Positions 26,868-34,255 of a DNA stretch of 34,255 bases are shown here, piece after piece. Source of the stretch: Promethearchaeati archaeon. GTDB lineage: Archaea > Asgardarchaeota > Heimdallarchaeia > JABLTI01. The notes under the pieces are model-generated. The model ran no database searches. It had not been told where the DNA came from and saw only the letters and a program-made list of their open reading frames with translations. Location of the stretch: contig JABLTI010000031.1 of NCBI GenBank assembly GCA_013166835.1, positions 1 through 34,255 on the forward strand, read 5' to 3'. Made by a program: the position numbers and the translations under genes. The number at the start of each line of letters is the position of its first letter. Position 1 is the first letter of the stretch.

Positions 26868-28031
26868 CTACACTTCAATTTTCCATTTTACTTCGTTCTT
26901 TATTTCTTTTCTCATGCGCCAACGAGAAAGGTCATACCTAATACTTCGTTTAATCTGTCTTTTCTTTAGATAATTTTCTGCTTGGTAATCTTCTAAGAAA
27001 TCATAGACATCGGATAATAGGTCAGAAGCTGGTAGTGTTCTTAATTTATAATCCGATTTATAATTTAGTTCTTCAGCCCAATCAAGGAACGATACAAAAT
27101 CCTCTTCTGTGAGATCTTCAGAAATATAACCCAAACCTAATTCATATAATGAATAAGCATTAGTAACTTGCTCAAGAATTTTCCAGTGAGGGATTGTCCA
27201 AACGAGTTTGTTCAATAGACTTGCTTCCCAAGCAAGATTAAACCCACCATTACCAATTATAGCTTTACAAGAAACTAAATCCTCTATGAATCCCTCTCGA
27301 CTAGTCTTCCTAAAAACTACATTCCCAACTCGTTTATCTTCATTAAAACCATAGAGATAAAATGTCTCATCAGGGAATTTAGATAAAACATCAACAACAT
27401 ATGTTTGATTGTATCGACCTAAATAAGCAACAATATGATTGTCATATGTTATGTCATAATTATCAAATTCCGGTTTCTTAACCAAAGGAAAAAGGGTAAC
27501 ATCATCTTTTGTATGTATTGAATCCGTGAAATCAAGAGCAAAGCATTTGCTGTAATAAGGAACCAAGGCAACCAGAGCCAATCTAAAAGCAAATTTATCA
27601 TATACTTTTCTGGGTACCTTATCAGCACAAAATGAATGGAAAATTGCATGCTGACGATCAATAACAATCACAGGTTTATTCAACCTTTTACCAGCAATAG
27701 ATGTAGTTTGTTCAAAATCACAAAAGAAGGCATCATAATTTTCCTTGTAATCTAGTTCCACGATTTCCTTTCGAGCCTTATTATACTCTGGAAATTTGTT
27801 TATATTTGCTTGTATGGATTTCGAAAATAATACTTTATTGTCTTGGTAAAGATCAAAAGGACCTTGTTTATAAAAAACTCTGTCTGCTAATTCGTATGCA
27901 TATCTTGGAGGTTGTTTGCCAGATAAAAACACATGAACCTCATGGCCATCTGTAATTAATTCAGATATAAAAACACGTGAACGGTTAATATGCCCTTGAC
28001 CATTCGTGTTTATACCATATAGGAACTTCAT
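26868..28031 (-). CDS. GT-B glycosyltransferase (MJ1255/VC2487-like family)
   Basis: MKFLYGINTNGQGHINRS, CDFE, IGNGGFNLAWEA, EQVTNA. CAT at 28029-28031 and CTA at 26868-26870 show the gene is on minus although the track says +. Confidence 0.88.
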   Translation of the reverse strand: MKFLYGINTNGQGHINRSRVFISELITDGHEVHVFLSGKQPPRYAYELADRVFYKQGPFDLYQDNKVLFSKSIQANINKFPEYNKARKEIVELDYKENYDAFFCDFEQTTSIAGKRLNKPVIVIDRQHAIFHSFCADKVPRKVYDKFAFRLALVALVPYYSKCFALDFTDSIHTKDDVTLFPLVKKPEFDNYDITYDNHIVAYLGRYNQTYVVDVLSKFPDETFYLYGFNEDKRVGNVVFRKTSREGFIEDLVSCKAIIGNGGFNLAWEASLLNKLVWTIPHWKILEQVTNAYSLYELGLGYISEDLTEEDFVSFLDWAEELNYKSDYKLRTLPASDLLSDVYDFLEDYQAENYLKKRQIKRSIRYDLSRWRMRKEIKNEVKWKIEV

Positions 28032-28224
28032 TTTACTATCTCCACCCTCTAATGAGTTGAAGGTTCTATATAAAAGGTACTATTCTAAAATCTCGACAAT
28101 TATTCACTGATAATAGAATTAAAGAGAAAAATGATAAAAAATCTCTTTTTGTAAACCAGATTCTTAAAAGGGATAGCAAATCTATGTCTAATTACTGAAA
28201 AAACCTATTTTTGGTGGATTCAAA

Positions 28225-29223
28225 ATGAAGTATCGAAAAGTTGGTAGAAGTGGATTAAAAGTTAGTGAAATTTCACTAGGTTCTTGGCTCACATATGGTG
28301 GTACAGTTGAAAGTGACATTGCTAAGAAATGTATGGCAACAGCAATTGAACATGGTGTTAATTTCATAGATTCAGCAGAAATCTATGCTCGAGGCGAAGC
28401 AGAAAAGGTGATTGCAGAATTTCTTGCTGAAGAAACTGTTAAACGGAAGGATCTTGTTATCTCGAGTAAGGTTTTCTGGCCTTTTAGCGATGACATAAAT
28501 CGTTGGGGATTAAGTAGAAAAAATATTACAAACGCAATAGAAGGAACGCTTGAACGATTAAATCTAGATTACATAGACATCTACTATATGCATCGATATG
28601 ATTATATGACCCCTGTAAAAGAGACAGTAGAGATACTAGATGACTTAATTCGTTCCGGTAAAGTATTGTATTGGGGGACCTCCGTTTGGACTGCAGCACA
28701 ACTGGAGAGAGTAAATGCAGTGGCAAAAGAACTACACTTATACAAACCGATTGTGGAACAACCATTATACAATATGCTTAGTAGACACATTGAGCTTGAA
28801 ATTATGTCTGTTGCGAAAACTCACGGGATGGGATTGACTGTTTGGTCACCACTGGGTCAGGGCATGTTGACTGGGAAATATAACGAGGGAGTTCCAGATG
28901 GAAGCCGAGGAAGTCGTTCAGAGAGCATTCAAAAACGATTAACTCCTGAGAATCTGGAGAAACTGAAGAAACTTGGCGAACTTGCTAAATCTCTTGAGAT
29001 TACAACAAGTCAATTAGCATTAGCCTGGATTTTAAGAAAGAAAGAGATTACCTCAGCTATTATAGGTGCATCAAAACCTGAACATGTCATTGAGAATGTA
29101 AAAGCTTCAGATGTTACTCTATCTAATGATGTTCTCGATCAAATCGAAGAAATTCTTGACAATGAACCTGAATGGCCTTTAACATATAAACCAAATTACT
29201 ACTATAAAGAGAAGATGAGATAA
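28225..29223 (+). CDS. Aldo/keto reductase (Kv-beta-like subfamily)
   Basis: GRSGLKVSEISLGSWLTYG, IDSAEIY, ISSK, YYMHR, YWGTS, WSPLGQGMLTGKY, IIGAS. Confidence 0.95.
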   Translation: MKYRKVGRSGLKVSEISLGSWLTYGGTVESDIAKKCMATAIEHGVNFIDSAEIYARGEAEKVIAEFLAEETVKRKDLVISSKVFWPFSDDINRWGLSRKNITNAIEGTLERLNLDYIDIYYMHRYDYMTPVKETVEILDDLIRSGKVLYWGTSVWTAAQLERVNAVAKELHLYKPIVEQPLYNMLSRHIELEIMSVAKTHGMGLTVWSPLGQGMLTGKYNEGVPDGSRGSRSESIQKRLTPENLEKLKKLGELAKSLEITTSQLALAWILRKKEITSAIIGASKPEHVIENVKASDVTLSNDVLDQIEEILDNEPEWPLTYKPNYYYKEKMR

Positions 29224-29256
29224 GAAAGAAATTCTTATCCCGTTTTTCCTTTTTTC
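29220..29256 (+). terminator. Weak hairpin plus pyrimidine tract after the aldo/keto reductase
   Basis: ATAAGAA-AGAAA-TTCTTAT followed by T-rich runs. Confidence 0.35.
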
Positions 29257-29303
29257 TCAAAAGAAGTAATGTTTGAACCGAATAATAATGTATATCACAA
29301 ATC

Positions 29304-29313
29304 TTTTATATAA
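29304..29313 (+). promoter_or_regulatory. TATA box for the padR-ABC operon (probably leaderless)
   Basis: TTTTATATAA ends about 20 nt before ATG 29333; no SD present. Confidence 0.5.
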
Positions 29314-29332
29314 CAGAAATGTCATATCGGCT

Positions 29333-29849
29333 ATGTTTCCGATTTTCTCGCCAACCAAGATACTTGACTCTTTAATTCTTATGCAAATTTTAAGAGAGGG
29401 TCCACTTCATGGTTACGCATTATCCAATTGTATTGAGGAGAAATTCGGTTGGAAACCAAGTCAAACTGCTATTTATAACTCGTTGAAATCCATGGAAAAC
29501 GAGAATTTGGTTACCTCTGAGGAAATATTCAATAACAAAACAGGGACGAAAGTCTTTCGAAGAAACTCATCGAATGATGAGAAAACAAATGATGAAAAAT
29601 TTCTCACAGTTCTTTTCTTATGTTCAAATGCTAGGTGATATTGAAAACCGAGAAGAATCCGAAGCGTTTCAAAAGAGAGTTCAAACTATTTTAGAAAACA
29701 TGAAAGATATCTCTCGATTAACTTTGTTCTTGTTACGAGAAGCGCCAAAAGAAACTGAAAAAATTGTAGAGAATATGCTTACATCTCTTAAAAAGATTGC
29801 ATCGAAATATGATATTCAATTAGAATTAGAAGAAAAATCAGACGATTAA
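29333..29849 (+). pseudogene. PadR-family transcriptional regulator, frameshifted with the wing deleted
   Basis: First frame: LILMQILREGPLHGYAL...PSQTAIYNSLKSMENENLVTSEE. The PadR motif YSITKQGR continues in the +1 frame from about 29526 into the 29574..29849 ORF. Confidence 0.8.
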
Positions 29850-29878
29850 AAATTACCTTATAAGGAGTAAAAGTAACT

Positions 29879-32119
29879 GTGTGGAAAGTAATTAAACATA
29901 CAAAACCGTATCTGCTATTGATTTTCTTATCAATAGGCATATTATTTGGACAGGCAAATTTAGATTTGGCTCTACCAGATTATCTCTCCAATATCGTTGA
30001 TACTGGCATTCAGAATAGTGGGGTGGAATACGCTGTTCCAGTAGCAATTCGACAAAACGAGTTTAATAGATCCTTTATTTTCATGAGTCCAGAAAATCAA
30101 ACGTTTATACTTGAAGAATATACTCTAGTAGATGAAAACTCGACGGATTATGATATATATCTTGATCTTTATCCTATCCTGGAAAATGAATCCATTTATG
30201 TTCTGAATAAGGTTAAACGGTCAAAACTACAAGAAATGGATGAACTTTTAGCAGGACCTATTGCAACTGTTTTTACTCTAGAACTAGCACTAGCTAATCC
30301 TGAAAATGCCACTTTTATATGGACAGCTCTAGGTTTTAATGCGTCAATGCTTCCACCTGAGCAAGTTTTCTTTGACATTTTGTGGACATTCCCATTGGAG
30401 AATCGTACGCTAATTACTTTCTTTGTTACATCATATTATTCCGCTTTAGGAGAAACTATGCTTAACCAATTCTCAATTTTAGCTGTGAGAGCAGAATATG
30501 ACATAATCGAAATGGATATAGATAAAATACAGAGAAACTATATTCTCCGAGTAGGTGGATTAATGCTTCTTATGACACTTTTATCTGTATTATGTACAAT
30601 AACTGTTAGTTATCTAGCATCTAGAACAGCAGCAGGTATGGCAAGAAATATTCGAAGTGACTTATTCAATAAGGTTGAAAACTTTTCAGGTATAGAATTT
30701 GATAAATTTTCTACAGCATCATTAATCACTCGATCGACGAACGATGTCACTCAAATTCAAATGGCTGTTGTAATGATAGTTCGAATGGTCTTTTATGCTC
30801 CAATTCTAGGAATTGGTGGGATAATTCGCGCATTAAATAAAAGTGCTGATATGTGGTGGCTTATAGGAGTTGCACTTCTTATCTTAATTGTACTAATAGG
30901 GATAGTAGTACTCATTGCAGTACCGAAGTTCAACAGAATGCAATCTCTTACAGATCGGGTCAACCTAGTTGCTCGAGAAGGTCTTATTGGAATGCTGGTT
31001 GTTAGAGCATTCAATAGGGAAAAATACGAGGAAAAACGATTTGATAATGTTAATAAGGATTTGACTGGAGTAATTTTGTTTCTAAACAGATTGATGGTTA
31101 TCATGATGCCCTTCATGATGATAGTTATGCAGGGATTAATGCTGAGCATTATTTGGGTGGGATCACATCAAGTTAATGAATTGACCATGCAAGTAGGAGA
31201 TATGATGGCTTTCATGCAATATGCAATGCAAATAGTATTCGCGTTTCTCATGTTAACAATGATGTTCATCATTTTGCCCCGAGCCGTTGTTTCCACTAGA
31301 CGTATTAATGAAGTCCTAATAACAGAACCAGTTATTACTGATCCAGAAAATCCCAAAGTATTTCCAGAACCCTTCAGAGGAGTCGTTGAATTCCGAAATG
31401 TTACGTTCAGATATCCTGGGGCAAAGAAAGATGTGCTACACAAAATCAGTTTTACTGCACAACCCGGTCAGACTACGGCTTTTATTGGATCTACGGGCTC
31501 CGGTAAATCTACGATTATTAATCTGATTCCGCGATTCTATGATACATGTTCTGGTTCGATTAGAGTTGACGGTATTGACATCAAGCAAGTAACTCAGCAT
31601 GCTCTAAGAGATAAGATAGGTTATGTTCCGCAAAAGAGTTCATTATTCTCTGGAACAATTAAGAGTAATTTGCGGTTTGCTGATGAAGATGCGGAAGAAG
31701 AATCTCTGAAATTAGCATTAGATATTGCACAGGCAACAGAATTTGTTTCAAGCAGACCTGAAGGAATGGATCGTGAAATTGCTCAAGCAGGCGCGAATGT
31801 TTCTGGTGGACAAAAACAACGTCTTTCTGTAGCTCGAGCAATGGTAAAGAAACCACCAATATTCATATTTGATGATATAATGTCGAATTTGGACTTCAAA
31901 ACAGATGCTGCCTTACGAAAAGCTCTCAAAGAAAAAACTGGCGAAAGCACAGTATTAATGGTGACTCAACGAGTTTCTACAATAAAAGAAGCTGAACAAA
32001 TCATCGTTATTGATGATGGTCAAATTGTAGGAAAAGGCACTCATGAAGAACTACTGAAAACATGTGAGATTTACAACGAAATAGCAGTATCACAACTAGA
32101 ATTGGAGGAAGTACTATGA
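29879..32119 (+). CDS. Heterodimeric ABC exporter, TMD+NBD, degenerate-site subunit with large extracellular insertion
   Basis: Walker A GSTGSGKS, VSGGQKQR, Walker B IFIFDD (E to D), switch VTQR (H to Q); AAGGAG SD. Confidence 0.93.
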   Translation: MWKVIKHTKPYLLLIFLSIGILFGQANLDLALPDYLSNIVDTGIQNSGVEYAVPVAIRQNEFNRSFIFMSPENQTFILEEYTLVDENSTDYDIYLDLYPILENESIYVLNKVKRSKLQEMDELLAGPIATVFTLELALANPENATFIWTALGFNASMLPPEQVFFDILWTFPLENRTLITFFVTSYYSALGETMLNQFSILAVRAEYDIIEMDIDKIQRNYILRVGGLMLLMTLLSVLCTITVSYLASRTAAGMARNIRSDLFNKVENFSGIEFDKFSTASLITRSTNDVTQIQMAVVMIVRMVFYAPILGIGGIIRALNKSADMWWLIGVALLILIVLIGIVVLIAVPKFNRMQSLTDRVNLVAREGLIGMLVVRAFNREKYEEKRFDNVNKDLTGVILFLNRLMVIMMPFMMIVMQGLMLSIIWVGSHQVNELTMQVGDMMAFMQYAMQIVFAFLMLTMMFIILPRAVVSTRRINEVLITEPVITDPENPKVFPEPFRGVVEFRNVTFRYPGAKKDVLHKISFTAQPGQTTAFIGSTGSGKSTIINLIPRFYDTCSGSIRVDGIDIKQVTQHALRDKIGYVPQKSSLFSGTIKSNLRFADEDAEEESLKLALDIAQATEFVSSRPEGMDREIAQAGANVSGGQKQRLSVARAMVKKPPIFIFDDIMSNLDFKTDAALRKALKEKTGESTVLMVTQRVSTIKEAEQIIVIDDGQIVGKGTHEELLKTCEIYNEIAVSQLELEEVL

Positions 32120-34017
32120 GTCACGGTCCAGGTCCAAGCCAAGGAAGAAGACGCCAATCCTCCAGACGAGGAGGACCAATGGGTGGAATGATGCGTGGTG
32201 GAGAAAAAGCCAAAGATTTCAAAGGAGCAATGGCTATACTACTCAGATATATTGGAAGATACAAAGTCATAATTATAGTTGCGATTTTGATTGCAGCTGC
32301 TTCAACTGCTGCAACCATTGTTGGCCCTAAAATCCTAGGGAGAGCTACCACTGAGCTTTTTGAGGGATTAATGGCTAGAATTCAGGGAACCGGTGAAGTT
32401 GATTTCAACTACATTGGTCGAATAATTCTAATTGTATTGTCATTATATGTCGGATCTTCAATCTTATCTTACATACAGGGTTGGATTATGGCGAAGGTAT
32501 CCACTGATATTTCATATAGGTTACGTAGAGATATCTCTCTTAAAATGAATAAAATGAAGCTCAAATACTATGATGGAACTACTCACGGTGAAATACTCTC
32601 GCGCTTAACGAATGATGTAGATACAATTACTCAAACTCTAAGTAATAGCCTTACACAAATCATTTCGTCAGTTGCAACACTTATTGGTGTACTAATTATG
32701 ATGTTTAGCATCAGTTGGAAGATGGCCTTGTTAGTCATTGGTGTTGTCCCATTATCTGCAATGTCGATTATCTTCATAGTGAAAAGATCACAGAAGCATT
32801 TCGCTCAACAACAAGAGTACCTAGGACACGTTAACAGTCACGTAGAAGAAATGTTTGGAAATCATACTATTGTAAAAGCCTTCAATGCTGAAGAGAAGAG
32901 TCAAGAGGAATTTGAAGTATACAACAAAACTCTCCATGGCTCTGCTTGGAAATCACAATTCTATTCCGGTATGATGATGCCAATGATGACATTTATTGGC
33001 AATTTGGGATATGTTGCCGTTGCGGTTTTAGGTGGATACTTAACCTCACAAGGTGGAATTACAGTTGGTGACATACAAGCTTTCATTCAATATGTCCGAT
33101 CATTCACACGTCCCTTAGGACAAATTGCTAGTGCATCAAATGTACTCCAACAAACTGCTGCTGCTTCCGAACGTGTTTTTGAGTTCCTAGGAGAATCAGA
33201 AGAAGTTGCTGACTCACCAACACCACGTAAATGGGAAAAAGTGACAGGACTTGTAGAATTTAATAATGTGAAATTCGGATACAGTCCTGAAAAAACAATA
33301 ATTCATGACTTCTCTGCAATAGCAAAACCAGGACAGAAAGTAGCTTTAGTTGGTCCCACTGGTGCTGGAAAAACTACCATGGTTAAACTCCTAATGCGCT
33401 TTTATGATGTAAATGATGGAGCTATTCTGGTTGATGGCATAGATATTCGTGATGCTACACGTAGTGATTTGCGGTCGAATTTCGGTATGGTGCTGCAAGA
33501 TACATGGCTCTTCAATGGAAGCATCATGGATAATATTCGATATGGTCGATTAGATGCTACAGACAAGGAAGTCATTGCAGCAGCTAAAGCAGCCTATGTT
33601 GATAGGTTTGTTCACACATTGTCTGGAGGATATGAAATGGAAATTAATGAAGAAATAACCAACATATCTCAAGGGCAGAAGCAACTTCTCACAATAGCAC
33701 GAGCAGTTTTAGCAGATCCTCCAATATTAATATTGGATGAAGCTACAAGTTCAGTAGATACACGAACAGAACTACTAATCCAAGATGCAATGGACGATTT
33801 AATGAAGAATAGAACCAGTTTTGTAATCGCTCATCGTCTTTCCACAATCCGAAATGCTGACCTTATCCTTGTTATTCGTGATGGAGACATCGTAGAACAA
33901 GGAACACATACTGAATTACTTGCTAAAGGTGGATTCTACGCTGAACTACATGGCAGCCAATTTGAAGTTGAAAATGATCTTCCACCAGAACCAGTAGAAG
34001 AGCATACAAGCGAATAG
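32116..34017 (+). CDS. Heterodimeric ABC exporter, TMD+NBD, consensus-site subunit
   Basis: GPTGAGKT, ISQGQKQ, ILILDEATSSVD, IAHRLS; ATGA overlap with its partner. Confidence 0.95.
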   Translation: MSHGPGPSQGRRRQSSRRGGPMGGMMRGGEKAKDFKGAMAILLRYIGRYKVIIIVAILIAAASTAATIVGPKILGRATTELFEGLMARIQGTGEVDFNYIGRIILIVLSLYVGSSILSYIQGWIMAKVSTDISYRLRRDISLKMNKMKLKYYDGTTHGEILSRLTNDVDTITQTLSNSLTQIISSVATLIGVLIMMFSISWKMALLVIGVVPLSAMSIIFIVKRSQKHFAQQQEYLGHVNSHVEEMFGNHTIVKAFNAEEKSQEEFEVYNKTLHGSAWKSQFYSGMMMPMMTFIGNLGYVAVAVLGGYLTSQGGITVGDIQAFIQYVRSFTRPLGQIASASNVLQQTAAASERVFEFLGESEEVADSPTPRKWEKVTGLVEFNNVKFGYSPEKTIIHDFSAIAKPGQKVALVGPTGAGKTTMVKLLMRFYDVNDGAILVDGIDIRDATRSDLRSNFGMVLQDTWLFNGSIMDNIRYGRLDATDKEVIAAAKAAYVDRFVHTLSGGYEMEINEEITNISQGQKQLLTIARAVLADPPILILDEATSSVDTRTELLIQDAMDDLMKNRTSFVIAHRLSTIRNADLILVIRDGDIVEQGTHTELLAKGGFYAELHGSQFEVENDLPPEPVEEHTSE

Positions 34018-34063
34018 AATAAGAGATCAAAGATCTCTCTATTCATTCTTTCTTTCTTTTTTT
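34017..34063 (+). terminator. Hairpin plus T-tract terminator
   Basis: AGAGATC-AAA-GATCTCT core with flanking GAATA/TATTC, followed by TTCTTTCTTTCTTTTTTT. Confidence 0.6.
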
Positions 34064-34255
34064 ATCGCCAGTAGAAGAACATTGAATCGATTTTTTCTGG
34101 TATAGGAATGCTTGACCAATTGAATAGGTCAATACCCACTTTTTTACCAAAAAATATGAAATTTGCTTTGATAAATGGCTTAGCATCGCTATCTCCTCTT
34201 TAACAAAGAACTATTTTGAATATAGTAGCTTAGATGTAAATCGAATACTGTTTTA

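Noticed and set aside
29273-29849. Two independent genes (121 aa and 91 aa) as in the ORF track
   Set aside because: They are halves of one PadR gene; the YSITKQG motif bridges them in the +1 frame.
11019-32351. Remaining short (60-120 aa) nested or antisense ORFs in the track
   Set aside because: Each lies within, opposite or abutting a longer gene with clear family identity or in promoter space, and none shows independent motifs.

Overview
Low-GC, gene-dense archaeal chromosomal segment. The archaeal marker genes, the PGF-type C-terminal anchor, the zinc-ribbon orphans and the AT-richness suggest an Asgard (Heimdallarchaeia-like) archaeon; this is inference only. I found no transposase, integrase, CRISPR array or rRNA. 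Contents: (i) C1-cofactor genes cofD (partial), mfnF-mfnE, a PTPS, mptE, DUF447 and cofE; (ii) an archaeosine cluster arcS-raSEA-DUF366-queD; (iii) tRNA-Glu(UUC); (iv) RNA/DNA enzymes (NSUN6-like, RNase HII, Nth); (v) a receiver-PPDK-like protein, TauE, a radical SAM enzyme, a GT-B glycosyltransferase, an aldo/keto reductase, a broken PadR and a heterodimeric ABC exporter. Most notable observations: a translationally coupled pair of atypical RNA enzymes (a full-length NSUN6 homolog lacking both catalytic cysteines, and an RNase HII lacking the Pro/Tyr needed for single-ribonucleotide excision); a circularly permuted family-5 solute-binding protein behind a palindrome-rich promoter; two PTPS/QueD paralogs whose motifs match their different gene neighbourhoods; and DUF366 inside the archaeosine operon with an apparent ATA start. 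The supplied ORF track gives the wrong strand for 26868..28031 (it is on minus) and omits cofD.
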